Assembly (NCBI GenBank): GCA_016931515.1
Contig: JAFGEQ010000011.1
Span: forward strand, 488 to 64,487
From: a candidate division CSSED10-310 bacterium
GTDB lineage: Bacteria; CSSED10-310
Direction: 5' to 3'
Length of the DNA stretch: 64,000 bases
The notes below the pieces were generated by a model. That model worked only from the letters and a program-made list of their open reading frames with translations, was not told the origin of the DNA and made no database searches. Positions 30,722-40,427 of this stretch are shown in pieces. A program made the translations under genes and the position numbers. The stretch's first letter is position 1; the number at the start of each line of letters is the position of its first letter.

Positions 30722-31876
30722 ATGTGGGATGTCATTGTTGTTGGTATGGGTCCGGCGGGTAGCACTGCCGCCCGGGTTGCAGCACAACACGGAATGAACG
30801 TTCTGGGTATTGACAGGGCCAGGTTTCCAAGGCACAAACCCTGTGCGGCGGGATTGACGGGAAGAGCTGCACGGCTGCTTCCACTCAGTCCTGAACAATA
30901 TCAGGAAGTATCCGTTAAACGGATTCGGATCATGCTGGGTGACAACCCGCCAATTAAAATCGACAGTCCGGCTAATTTGATGACTACAACGAGACGGGAT
31001 GTTCTGGATACAGCGCTGTTGAAACATGCGGTTGACGCGGGGGTCAGAATTATTGAGGGATGCCGGGTCAATCGGATCACTACGAACAGCCGGAGCGTTG
31101 AGGTGTTTTTCGATGGCGGCAGTGAACGGACTCACCGGTTGATAGGTTGCGATGGTGCAAACAGCATCGTCAGACGGATTCTCCAATCAAAACACCCCCG
31201 CTGTTATCCAGCCTGGGAGGCGGAATATCGGTTACCGGATGATATTGATGCAGAAACGCAATTGGATGCGGTTTTTGATTTGGGGGTGGTGCGTCGCGGA
31301 TATGGATGGATTTTTCCGAAAAAGCGGTCGGTATCGGTGGGACTCGCCGGATTATTCGAATCGCGAAAGACTATGGAGAAAGCGTTTCAGGATCTGCTGA
31401 AACATATTCCTGGACATATCGGATGGGAGTGTATCCGAAAAACTGGTCATACAATTCCTGTGTATAATTCACGCAACATCATTGCCGGTGATCGTGTGCT
31501 TCTGGCCGGAGATGCGGGGAGCCTTGTGGACCCTTTTCTGGGTGAAGGTTTGTATTACGCATTGAGGAGTGGAGACATCGCCGGCAGATGGGTTGCAGGC
31601 AAGCATGACGGAATTGGTGAGGGGATGAACGGTTATCAGACAATCATCAAGGAAACCATCGGGAGGGAATTGGTGATAGCCGGTCGATTAGCCCGAATTG
31701 TGTATTCGGTCCCCGGATGGATGCATCACATGGCTGCACATCACCCATCAATACTGTTTCAGTTCGCAGACTGTCTCGCCAATGACAACGGATACACTGG
31801 TTTTCTCAAAACTCTCCCGTTTCCATGGAAACTGGCATTTGGAGATTATTTATTACGATGGAAAAGGGCGCACTGA
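30722..31876 (+). CDS. FAD-dependent oxidoreductase, geranylgeranyl reductase family
   Basis: MWDVIVVGMGPAGSTAARVAA (GxGxxG), RFPRHKPCAAGLT, 384 aa. Confidence 0.75.
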   Translation: MWDVIVVGMGPAGSTAARVAAQHGMNVLGIDRARFPRHKPCAAGLTGRAARLLPLSPEQYQEVSVKRIRIMLGDNPPIKIDSPANLMTTTRRDVLDTALLKHAVDAGVRIIEGCRVNRITTNSRSVEVFFDGGSERTHRLIGCDGANSIVRRILQSKHPRCYPAWEAEYRLPDDIDAETQLDAVFDLGVVRRGYGWIFPKKRSVSVGLAGLFESRKTMEKAFQDLLKHIPGHIGWECIRKTGHTIPVYNSRNIIAGDRVLLAGDAGSLVDPFLGEGLYYALRSGDIAGRWVAGKHDGIGEGMNGYQTIIKETIGRELVIAGRLARIVYSVPGWMHHMAAHHPSILFQFADCLANDNGYTGFLKTLPFPWKLAFGDYLLRWKRAH

Positions 31877-31909
31877 TCACTTCTATCCGGTACGACGCAA
31901 ATGTGAAAT

Positions 31910-32485
31910 TTAAAAAGATAGATCCGTATTGTCGAATACAAGTGTCGATGAGCGAACGAAGCGTTCACCGCCGGGGGTTCGCCATCGCACTTCGATCGTT
32001 ACTCCCTTGGTCTCGAAGTCAGGAACATTCAATCCGGTTGGGCTGCCAGGTCTCAAATCGGCGGGAAACTCCATCGAATCAAACATTGTCGGATCATCGA
32101 TGTCGATGGTCCGAGTAAAGAAATATCCCTGTTTCTGGATAATATCGATCAGGCAGTTGCACCATGTCTGGAATCCGCATGGATTTGGAGCGACGTCCGT
32201 GCAAGGAGACATATTCACTTCCGGAAGAATATATGAATATTGAGTTGTCAGATCCGGATAATACGGTGCATCCATATAATGAACATCGCCAAAGTCCATT
32301 TGAGAAATACGTTCCATTTTCTCCTGCACCAGACTCATGGCAATGTTGCTGATGGTTGCCTGTTTTATCTGTGCCTGAGAATAAAAGAAAAATGGCAGGA
32401 TACCCATCAATGCCGTGGCTAAAATGGTCATTGAGATCATTAATTCGAGCAGTGTAAAACCGTCTTTGTTAAAAATTCGGGCCAT
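31910..32485 (-). CDS. Prepilin-type N-terminal cleavage/methylation domain protein (type IV pilin / pseudopilin-like)
   Basis: MARIFNKDGFTLLELMISMTILATALMGIL (G|FTLLE prepilin peptidase site). GGAGGG RBS. Confidence 0.7.
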   Translation of the reverse strand: MARIFNKDGFTLLELMISMTILATALMGILPFFFYSQAQIKQATISNIAMSLVQEKMERISQMDFGDVHYMDAPYYPDLTTQYSYILPEVNMSPCTDVAPNPCGFQTWCNCLIDIIQKQGYFFTRTIDIDDPTMFDSMEFPADLRPGSPTGLNVPDFETKGVTIEVRWRTPGGERFVRSSTLVFDNTDLSF

Positions 32486-32561
32486 CGGGTGGATCCCTCC
32501 TATAACTAGTAAATTATGGTCTGATTCAGGACTTCATGTCAAGGAGGGACGGGTGATCTGA

Positions 32562-33509
32562 TCATTCTATCTGGTGTTTTTTTCTTTTTTCCAAAAGCGT
32601 TTTTCGGTTGATACCCAGTATCCTGGAAGCTTTGGATTTGTTGCCCCGCGTTTTCAGAAGAATTTTCTGGATGTACAATTTCTCAATCTGGTCAAGGCTC
32701 AAATTTTGCTCTGCCAATGTTTCCAGTGATGCATCAGATATAAAGTCGAAATCCAGATGGAGTTGGGAGGGTGTGATACAGGATGCGCCGTCATGTGTGA
32801 TGATCAGTCGTTCCATAAGATTTTCGAGTTCTCGGACATTACCCGGCCAGTTATAGGCGCAAAGCAGGTCGAGAGCTCCGGTGTCCAGCCTGGGTTGCGA
32901 TTTTTGATACTGCGATGCAAATTTGTCCAGAAAATGTTTTACGAGCAGCGGAATATCGGCAAGCCGTTTACGGAGTGGCGGAATGAATATAGGAATAATG
33001 CTGAGCCTGAAATAGAGATCTTCCCGGAAAGAACCTTGTCTGACAAGCCGGCCGAGATCCTGTCTTGAAGCGGCGATAAATCGTATATCGACGCTTGTTG
33101 TAGTATTCGAACCGACCGGCTCAAACTGCTTTTCCTGAAGAACGCGGGTCAGTTTAGCCTGAATGGCAGGATTCAGCTCGTTTATATGATCGAGATAGAC
33201 TGTTCCACCGTCAGCCGCTGACAGGCGGCCTTCCCGATCCTGGCTAGCGCTGCTGAATGCTCCCCGGACATGGCCGAAAAGTTCACTCTCCACCAGGTTC
33301 TCCGGAGTGGCGGATAAATCGATTTTTACAAAAGGTCGTGACTGGCGGGGACTCAGCGCATGAATGATGGCCGCCAGAAGATCCTTTCCGGTTCCACTCT
33401 CGCCGGTAATCTGGATGTTGGAATGATAGGGCGCGATCTGGTGCGCGGTACTGAGGATATTCAGCATCGTTGAATCCTGCGTTATCAACTCCGGAATCTC
33501 CTTTTTCAC
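32562..33509 (-). CDS. Sigma-54-interaction-domain (AAA+) transcriptional regulator with C-terminal Fis-type HTH and no N-terminal sensory domain. GAFTGA motif degenerate
   Basis: Walker A GESGTGKDLLA, ESELFGHVRGAFSSA (canonical GAFTGA replaced by GAFSSA), arginine finger region, C-terminal RILGINRKTLLEKRKKHQIE. GTG start 3 nt after the rsfS stop. Confidence 0.75.
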   Translation of the reverse strand: MKKEIPELITQDSTMLNILSTAHQIAPYHSNIQITGESGTGKDLLAAIIHALSPRQSRPFVKIDLSATPENLVESELFGHVRGAFSSASQDREGRLSAADGGTVYLDHINELNPAIQAKLTRVLQEKQFEPVGSNTTTSVDIRFIAASRQDLGRLVRQGSFREDLYFRLSIIPIFIPPLRKRLADIPLLVKHFLDKFASQYQKSQPRLDTGALDLLCAYNWPGNVRELENLMERLIITHDGASCITPSQLHLDFDFISDASLETLAEQNLSLDQIEKLYIQKILLKTRGNKSKASRILGINRKTLLEKRKKHQIE

Positions 33510-33512
33510 TGA

Positions 33513-33854
33513 TTATACCAGATCGGATGTTTCCGGTATGGCGGCCGACTCGAACTGCATCACTGTTGCATGCGTCCAGAGATTTTCAAGTCGATAAAAT
33601 GAACGAACCTTGTCCAGAAAAATGTGGATAACAATGTCATCGGAATCAATCAGAACCCACTGGTTCAACAGCTCTCCTTCGACATGCCGTACACCTTCAC
33701 CCATCTCCTTCAAACGAATACGGACATTTTCAGTAATCGCAGCAACCTGCCGTTCAGATAATCCGGAACAGATCAGAAATCCATCGATAATAACACCATC
33801 AAGTTTTCTCAAATCAAAACCAATGATGGACTCGGCTTTCTTCTCCCTCAGCAC
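33513..33854 (-). CDS. rsfS: Ribosomal silencing factor RsfS (Iojap-like)
   Basis: ...LREKKAESIIGFDLRKL...WVLIDSDDIVIHIF. Annotated GTG start. The in-frame upstream peptide KISKIVEV also looks RsfS-like, so the true start may be a non-canonical codon further upstream. Confidence 0.75.
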   Translation of the reverse strand: MLREKKAESIIGFDLRKLDGVIIDGFLICSGLSERQVAAITENVRIRLKEMGEGVRHVEGELLNQWVLIDSDDIVIHIFLDKVRSFYRLENLWTHATVMQFESAAIPETSDLV

Positions 33855-34047
33855 CTCGACTATTTTTGATATTTTGTCTTCAAAAGTAATAACAACCTCC
33901 TTTTTTCAATCGATCGACATTCTGTATCGACTCGAGCAAATTATCATTTTGGTTGAATTTATGTCAATTCGTTGTTAAAAGGGACCGGCAAACCGGAACT
34001 CCGGCAGTCTGCCGGAGAACGTTAGGCTCTTTTAAGTGATATTTTCA

Positions 34048-34076
34048 TTGACAGCCGGCCCGTGAATCCCTATGCT
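34048..34076 (+). promoter_or_regulatory. Candidate sigma-70 promoter for the rplU-rpmA-obg-nadD-surE operon
   Basis: TTGACA (34048-34053), 17-nt spacer, TATGCT (34071-34076). GGAGG RBS before the rplU ATG at 34128. Confidence 0.45.
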
Positions 34077-34127
34077 ACGCGTTTGCATTGGCACTCTCCC
34101 TTGTTGAGGGGTCTGGAGGATAAAAAA

Positions 34128-34442
34128 ATGTTTGCTATTATTGAGACTGGTGGAAAACAATATCGAGTTCAGAAAGACTCCGTTATTGACATCGAAAAAC
34201 TGACCGAGAGCCCCGGCCAGACCATTGATATCTCAAGGGTTCTCCTGATTGCGGAAGGCGAAAAAATTAACGCCGGAAAACCATACATCGTAGGTGCCAT
34301 GGTTCGCGCAACGATTCTCGAACAGTTTCGCGGCAAAAAAATACGTGTTTTTAAAATGAAACCCAAAAAACGCTATCGTCGACTCCAGGGACACCGGCAG
34401 TATTATACCCGGATCCGGATTGATGATATCATTTCCGAATAG
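34128..34442 (+). CDS. rplU: 50S ribosomal protein L21
   Basis: [25 protein letters not shown] (internal start of ORF 34062..34442). Confidence 0.9.
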   Translation: MFAIIETGGKQYRVQKDSVIDIEKLTESPGQTIDISRVLLIAEGEKINAGKPYIVGAMVRATILEQFRGKKIRVFKMKPKKRYRRLQGHRQYYTRIRIDDIISE

Positions 34443-34453
34443 GAGGACTTCCC

Positions 34454-34711
34454 ATGGCACATAAAAAAGGTGGCGGAAGCTCCAGGAACGGCCGTGACAG
34501 CAAGAGTAAACGCCTTGGCCTGAAACGCGCGGACGGGCAGCAGGTTCTGGCCGGTAATATTCTTGTCAGACAGCGAGGAACACGATTCCATCCGGGTGTG
34601 AATGTGGGCAAGGGAGGGGATGACACCCTGTTTGCGACTGCATCCGGTAAAGTCGCTGTCATCAATCGCAGAGGCCGCCGATACATCAACGTAGAATCTG
34701 TGACGGAGTGA
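34454..34711 (+). CDS. rpmA: 50S ribosomal protein L27
   Basis: [29 protein letters not shown]. Confidence 0.9.
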   Translation: MAHKKGGGSSRNGRDSKSKRLGLKRADGQQVLAGNILVRQRGTRFHPGVNVGKGGDDTLFATASGKVAVINRRGRRYINVESVTE

Positions 34712-34763
34712 CCGTAACAGGGGCTGCCGCCCGGCATGTTCCCAGGTCATGTGAGGAAAACGG

Positions 34764-35795
34764 GTGAGCTCTTTCGTTGATCAGGCCAGTATAGAAATAC
34801 ACTCAGGTAAAGGTGGCGCAGGATGCGTCAGTTTTCGCAGGGAGAAATATATTCCGCGTGGTGGTCCTGACGGAGGAAACGGCGGCCGGGGTGGCGATGT
34901 CATTTTCATTGTCTCACCACAGCACCGGACATTGCTTGATTTCAAATATCAAAAGAGCTTCTCCGCAGGGAACGGTAAACCTGGCGCGAAATCGAATTGC
35001 CATGGGAAGGATGGGCATGATGCCCACATACCTGTTCCGCCCGGCACGATGATTATTTCTGAAGAAACCGGTGAAATTCTCGCGGATCTTACAGAACCCG
35101 GGCAACGGATTGTTCTGGCAGTCGGCGGCAGGGGAGGGATGGGTAATTCCCACTTTGCCACAGCAACTCACCAGGTCCCACGGTTTGCGCAGCCCGGAGA
35201 ACCCGGCCAGTCGTTAGCCGTGCGACTGGAATTAAAACTCATTGCAGATGTTGGATTAGTGGGTTTCCCAAACGCCGGAAAGTCGACCTTCATCTCAGTA
35301 ATATCAAACGCTCGCCCCAAAATCGCGGATTATCCATTCACCACGTTAACTCCGAATCTGGGTGTGGTTCGACGCGGTAGCGGCAGGGAGTTTATAGTGG
35401 CTGACATCCCGGGGATCATCGAAGGATCTCATGAAGGAAAAGGTCTGGGTGATCGATTTCTGCGACATATTGAACGTACCGCGCTGATCCTGCTTCTGGT
35501 GGACTCATCACCGATTGCAGAGCCCAAACCGGAACATGCGGTTCGGATGCTGATACATGAACTCAAGAAATACAAAGAATCCCTTGAACTCCGTGTCAGC
35601 GCTGTAATCGCAACCAAAACCGATACAATACCGGATGATGACACGGCACAGGTTGCTGCTCTTCAGTCTGAAGCGGAAAATAGGAACCTGGCTTTTTTCG
35701 ACATCTCGTCGGTTGCACGAGTCCATATTGATGATGTTCTCGATTTTATAGAAAAAACTTTGGTTGAAAAGAGACGTCAGGAGACGGCAGACTGA
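34764..35795 (+). CDS. obg: GTPase Obg/CgtA
   Basis: GTG start. MSSFVDQASIEIHSGKGGAGCVSFRREKYIPRGGPDGGNGGRGGDVIF, then G-domain GFPNAGKST. Confidence 0.9.
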   Translation: MSSFVDQASIEIHSGKGGAGCVSFRREKYIPRGGPDGGNGGRGGDVIFIVSPQHRTLLDFKYQKSFSAGNGKPGAKSNCHGKDGHDAHIPVPPGTMIISEETGEILADLTEPGQRIVLAVGGRGGMGNSHFATATHQVPRFAQPGEPGQSLAVRLELKLIADVGLVGFPNAGKSTFISVISNARPKIADYPFTTLTPNLGVVRRGSGREFIVADIPGIIEGSHEGKGLGDRFLRHIERTALILLLVDSSPIAEPKPEHAVRMLIHELKKYKESLELRVSAVIATKTDTIPDDDTAQVAALQSEAENRNLAFFDISSVARVHIDDVLDFIEKTLVEKRRQETAD

Positions 35796-36463
35796 TGAGA
35801 ATCGGTATATGCGGAGGTACATTCGATCCTATTCATACCGGTCATCTGCTTGTCGGTCAGGAAGCCGGTGAACGGCTCAGTCTTGACAAGGTCATTTATA
35901 TCCCGGCAAAAATCCCTCCGCATAAACTTGATGCTCGGATTACGCATGCTGAACAGCGGCTGAAAATGATTCGACTGGCTATTCGTGGTAATGCTCTTTT
36001 CGATGTTGACGATCTGGAAGTGATGCGAGCGGGACCATCGTTTACGATAGAAACTCTTGAGTATCTGACTGACAGGTATCCGGGTAGCGATCTGTTTTTT
36101 CTGATGGGTCAGGACACGTTTATCGAAATAGAAACCTGGCATCGGTATGCGGATTTGTTTGATTTATGCCGGATTGTTGTCGTAACTCGACCCGGTACCG
36201 GCAAGATAAACAGTTCTCAGTATATTGATCCGGTGCGGGACTATCTTCTGAACGCGACTATTCGTCTTGATGATCCATCCATGGCAGAACAGAATGGACT
36301 TGCTTCGCTTGACTGGAAAGTGTGCTTGATGACTATTCCCGCTCTGGATATTTCCGCATCCCAAATCCGATTGCGCGTGTCACAAAATCGGTCCATCCGA
36401 TATCTTGTTCCGGAGCTGGTGAGAAAGCATATTGAACACACCGGTCTGTACCAATCCAAATGA
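35795..36463 (+). CDS. nadD: Nicotinate-nucleotide adenylyltransferase
   Basis: MRIGICGGTFDPIHTGHL. 1-nt overlap (TGATG) with the obg stop. Confidence 0.85.
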   Translation: MRIGICGGTFDPIHTGHLLVGQEAGERLSLDKVIYIPAKIPPHKLDARITHAEQRLKMIRLAIRGNALFDVDDLEVMRAGPSFTIETLEYLTDRYPGSDLFFLMGQDTFIEIETWHRYADLFDLCRIVVVTRPGTGKINSSQYIDPVRDYLLNATIRLDDPSMAEQNGLASLDWKVCLMTIPALDISASQIRLRVSQNRSIRYLVPELVRKHIEHTGLYQSK

Positions 36464-36475
36464 TGGGTGAAATCG

Positions 36476-37264
36476 ATGAGAATATTGATGACGAATGATG
36501 ATGGTATTCACGCTCGCGGTTTGCATGAACTGGCTTCGATATTATCTCTGGAACACGAGATATCGATCGTGGCTCCTGACAGTGAGAGAAGTGCAGTCAG
36601 TCACGGGTTGACGATTCGTACGCCGTTGTTCATCCGGCAACACCCTGTTGGCACTCTCACGGGTTTTGCAGTCAGCGGCACACCGGCGGACTGTGTGAAG
36701 CTGGGTATCGATCAGCTGGTAGACCATGAGCCGGATCTGGTTGTATCGGGGATCAATAACGGATCAAACACGGGAGTCAACGTTTTCTATTCGGGAACGG
36801 TAGCCGCCGCTTTGGAAGCATCATTCTCCGGTATTCCCGCGATCGCAGTATCGATCGGTTCATTTACTCCTGAATATTTCAAGGACGCATCACGCATTAC
36901 CGGCAACATTATTCGGGAGTTAGATCCAGCGAGTTTCCCCCAGGGTCTTGTTCTAAACATCAATATACCGAATCTTGCGGAGTGTGATATTCGTGGAATC
37001 CGGATGACCCGCCAAAGTCGTATGAAGTTTAAAGACGCCTATCTGAGACGTGAAACTCCAAACCGCGTCCCTTACTTCTGGCTGGATGGTGATCACCCGG
37101 AAGAGATTGCCGATCTAAATCTCGATGAGTATGCTTTACGGAAAGGGTGGATCTCAGTCACTCCTCTGGTCGCCGATTTTAATGCACCCGAAGCTATTAA
37201 CGGGGAGGTCGCTCGATGGATTCAGTCAAACAGCCTTCTCGAAAAGTCCTTTTCGCCGCATTAG
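36476..37264 (+). CDS. surE: 5'/3'-nucleotidase SurE
   Basis: MRILMTNDDGIHARGL (ATG at 36476 inside ORF 36467..37264). Confidence 0.85.
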   Translation: MRILMTNDDGIHARGLHELASILSLEHEISIVAPDSERSAVSHGLTIRTPLFIRQHPVGTLTGFAVSGTPADCVKLGIDQLVDHEPDLVVSGINNGSNTGVNVFYSGTVAAALEASFSGIPAIAVSIGSFTPEYFKDASRITGNIIRELDPASFPQGLVLNINIPNLAECDIRGIRMTRQSRMKFKDAYLRRETPNRVPYFWLDGDHPEEIADLNLDEYALRKGWISVTPLVADFNAPEAINGEVARWIQSNSLLEKSFSPH

Positions 37265-38112
37265 CAGCCAGTGTGCTGGCTATTTCTTCTGCAGCGACCC
37301 TGATCAAACTGGCCGATGCGCCTGCCCTCGTTGTCGCAGCGGGTCGAATGCTGATTGCGGCCATTTTGCTCTGGACATTGTCGCCATGGACCGGCGCTTT
37401 TCATCTCAAATCAGTGCCTTGGAAATCCGTTGGTCTGGCTGGTTTTTTCCTGGCCCTGCATTTCGGCTTCTGGATCACTTCCCTGACTTCAACGTCAGTG
37501 GCGAGTTCCCTTGTTCTTGTAACAATGAATCCCGTTGTTGTGGCGATTGGCTCAACGATTTTTCTGAGAGAACCCCCGACAAAACCGCTTCTTGCCGGAA
37601 CCGCACTGTCCATCGCAGGTTGCATGATTCTAGTTATAGGCGAAAGTTATACGATCAGTAATTCCCTGAACGGCAATCTGCTCGCTCTCGGAGGCGCAAT
37701 TGCGATGTCGTTTTACATGATGATCGGGCGGCATACATCCGGTAGACGGAAACAGCCGATCAATCTTCTCTGTTATCTGACCTGGATCTCAACAATCTCC
37801 GGCATTCTGCTGTTTGTGGGAGTGCTCATTTCCGGGGTTCCACTGTCAGGATATTCTTCGCATTCGGTGATGTTTATTGTTCTAATCGCTCTGCTTCCTC
37901 AACTGGTCGGTCATTCCCTTATCAATTGGTCTCTCCGGTACCTGCATACCTCCTATCTAGCGGCAGCCATCCTCATAGAACCTCTGGCGGGAACGATCAT
38001 CGCATTTCTCGTTATCGGGGAAACATTCTCCAGGTATTCTTTCTTTGGAGGCCTGTTGATTCTATCAGGTGTCGGCCTGGCATTCAGACGCGTGAAGGCT
38101 TCCAGTGGTTGA
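37216..38112 (+). CDS. EamA/DMT-family transporter (10 TM)
   Basis: Two EamA-like halves. GGGGAGG RBS. 49-nt overlap with the surE 3' end. Confidence 0.65.
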   Translation: MDSVKQPSRKVLFAALAASVLAISSAATLIKLADAPALVVAAGRMLIAAILLWTLSPWTGAFHLKSVPWKSVGLAGFFLALHFGFWITSLTSTSVASSLVLVTMNPVVVAIGSTIFLREPPTKPLLAGTALSIAGCMILVIGESYTISNSLNGNLLALGGAIAMSFYMMIGRHTSGRRKQPINLLCYLTWISTISGILLFVGVLISGVPLSGYSSHSVMFIVLIALLPQLVGHSLINWSLRYLHTSYLAAAILIEPLAGTIIAFLVIGETFSRYSFFGGLLILSGVGLAFRRVKASSG

Positions 38113-38177
38113 CAGTCCGCACCGGAAAGAGATAATTTAATTATCGGGTTTTTTAACTTTTAAACAGGAATGGGCGT

Positions 38178-40358
38178 ATGAGTAACATAGAAGACCAAAG
38201 AACGGATCAATTCACACCCGTTAATCCGGAGGAATCCGAGCTTGAGCAATGGCTTGAGGAAGGATCCCGGAAACTGGCTGAAAAGCAGTTTCGTGACGCG
38301 ATCAAGCTTTTTGAGAAAGTGTTGAGAGTTGATCCCGACAATATGGCTGCGTTCGAGAAACTGTCTTTGGCTCGATCAATACAGGCGGACATGGATCACA
38401 TCGCCGAGTATCTGGCCATGGGTCGGGAGTTGATGAGTCAGCATGACTGGAGGGGTGCCAGTGAGGAGTTCCAGGCGGTGCTGTCGATTGATCCGAAGAA
38501 TGAAGAAGCGCTGGCTAGTTTGAAACAGACGCAGAGTCATCTTGGAGTGAACGACACAGAACGAGATGCATTGACGATTACAACCGGTGGTGAGGGAGTC
38601 TTTGATCTGGATTCCATGCCGACGGATCGAGAATATCACGGTTATTCGAATGACGACCAGGAAACGGCCATTCTGGGTGCGGGAGTGACATCTGAATTTC
38701 CCGACACGCAGGGCAGTCCGGATTTTCAGCGGAAACTCGAAGAAGCACTTAGAATATACGAGGCTGGAAATCTGGTTCGTTCTCGGGAGTTACTTGAGCA
38801 ACTCCGCCGTGATAATCCGAACCATTCCCAGATAAATTTTTACCTGACAGCAATTGATCACAAGCTTGAAACCGATAGCGTCAGAAAGGACCAATCCGGT
38901 GCTGAAAACATGTTCAAGCAGGGTATGGATCTTCTGGAGCAGCAAAAATTTGATGAAGCTCGGGATGCTTTCCAGAATGTATTGCGTGTCAGACCCGATT
39001 TCAGTCAGGCACAATTGATGCTGGATCGTATTGATACGATGGAGGGATCGACTCGTGCGGACAGGACTGCCTCACGAGTGGATGAAGCGGAGAGATCGAA
39101 CCGTTCGATGCCAAGAACCTCGAAAAGCGGAAAGATATCAGGTAAACAACTGCCCGGAAAACCGGTTAGGGGAGGTGGTCCGAACTGGGCTAAAATTGCT
39201 TTGATATGCGTACCTCTGATTGTGATTGCGGCTGTCGTTGCCTATTTGATGGTGATCTATCCCAAGGCCCGTTTTGATAACCTGATGAATCAGGCACGTT
39301 TCAAGATTGATCAAAAAGCGTATCTGGAAGCCATTTCCCTGCTGGAATCCGCGCTCGTTGTTCAACCGGAATCCATGGAAGCATTGGAAATGCTGGGTGT
39401 AGCCGGAATGGAAGGCGGAAAGCCGGAGAAGGCAATTCTCGCATATCAGACGGCTCTGGAGATAACTCCCGGCGAAAAAGACTTGATTATGAAGCTGGGT
39501 AATGCCCAGTACGAGAATCAGCAGTGGCAGGATGCAGAAAAATCCTACCGTCAACTGATTAGAGATATCAGGTATAAAGACGATGCGCTGTTTAAAATTG
39601 CCATGTCACTGAAGAACAGAAACCGCCTGGATGATGCGATTCGGTCATTCCTGGATGCTCTGAAATCGAACGAAGCAAATTCACGGGCTCATTTCGAACT
39701 GGCTCAGTGTTACGAACAGAAAGAGATGCTGCCTGAGGCGGAGACATCTTATCAGCAAGCCATCAATACCGATCCCAAGTTTGTTCAGGCATATGAGAAG
39801 TTGGGTGACTTTTACCGGCAGCATAACGAGTATGAGAAATCTGCTGAGATACTGAAAAAACTCCTCATCTGGTTCAAACCCACAACGGTTGAAAAATCAA
39901 AAAAGATTGCCCAGTTGCGGTTCGAACTGGGAGAAATGCAATATGAAGCGGGTGATTACCAGGGTGCTGTTGAGAGTTTTACAACTGTTATACAGATTGA
40001 ACCGAACATTGATGCGTTCCGGAATCTGGGACGAGCCCATTACAAAGCCGGGAAGCTGACGGAGGCTATTCTGGTGTGGCGGCGCGGCATCGAACTCGAC
40101 AATACGGATTATGATCTCTGGTTTCAAATCGGTACAGCACAACTTCGTATGGGCGATGTGACTGCTGCTGAAAACAGCTATAAGGAAGCCCTGCGAATAA
40201 AACCTGATTTTGTCAAAGCGCTGACAAATCTTGGTTTTATGTATTATCAAACGTATAAATACGATCTTGCCAGGCAACTCTGGCGTCAATCTCTCCAAAT
40301 TGAACCGGATCAGCCAACAGTCAAGGACAAACTGAAAGAGATCGATAAATCAAAATAA
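38178..40358 (+). CDS. TPR-repeat protein with one central TM helix (726 aa)
   Basis: Multiple TPR units on both sides of a TM segment (WAKIALICVPLIVIAAVVAYLMVIY). Confidence 0.65.
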   Translation: MSNIEDQRTDQFTPVNPEESELEQWLEEGSRKLAEKQFRDAIKLFEKVLRVDPDNMAAFEKLSLARSIQADMDHIAEYLAMGRELMSQHDWRGASEEFQAVLSIDPKNEEALASLKQTQSHLGVNDTERDALTITTGGEGVFDLDSMPTDREYHGYSNDDQETAILGAGVTSEFPDTQGSPDFQRKLEEALRIYEAGNLVRSRELLEQLRRDNPNHSQINFYLTAIDHKLETDSVRKDQSGAENMFKQGMDLLEQQKFDEARDAFQNVLRVRPDFSQAQLMLDRIDTMEGSTRADRTASRVDEAERSNRSMPRTSKSGKISGKQLPGKPVRGGGPNWAKIALICVPLIVIAAVVAYLMVIYPKARFDNLMNQARFKIDQKAYLEAISLLESALVVQPESMEALEMLGVAGMEGGKPEKAILAYQTALEITPGEKDLIMKLGNAQYENQQWQDAEKSYRQLIRDIRYKDDALFKIAMSLKNRNRLDDAIRSFLDALKSNEANSRAHFELAQCYEQKEMLPEAETSYQQAINTDPKFVQAYEKLGDFYRQHNEYEKSAEILKKLLIWFKPTTVEKSKKIAQLRFELGEMQYEAGDYQGAVESFTTVIQIEPNIDAFRNLGRAHYKAGKLTEAILVWRRGIELDNTDYDLWFQIGTAQLRMGDVTAAENSYKEALRIKPDFVKALTNLGFMYYQTYKYDLARQLWRQSLQIEPDQPTVKDKLKEIDKSK

Positions 40359-40379
40359 TTGTTTCCCTCCAAAAAAAAA

Positions 40380-40409
40380 CAGCCGGATGGATAAGGTTCC
40401 ATCCGGCTG
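40380..40409. terminator. Bidirectional rho-independent terminator (between the convergent TPR and S8 protease genes)
   Basis: CAGCCGGATGG-ataaggtt-CCATCCGGCTG (perfect 11-bp stem), A9 run upstream, T-rich tract downstream. Confidence 0.6.
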
Positions 40410-40427
40410 TCTGCTTCTTAAAGGGTA

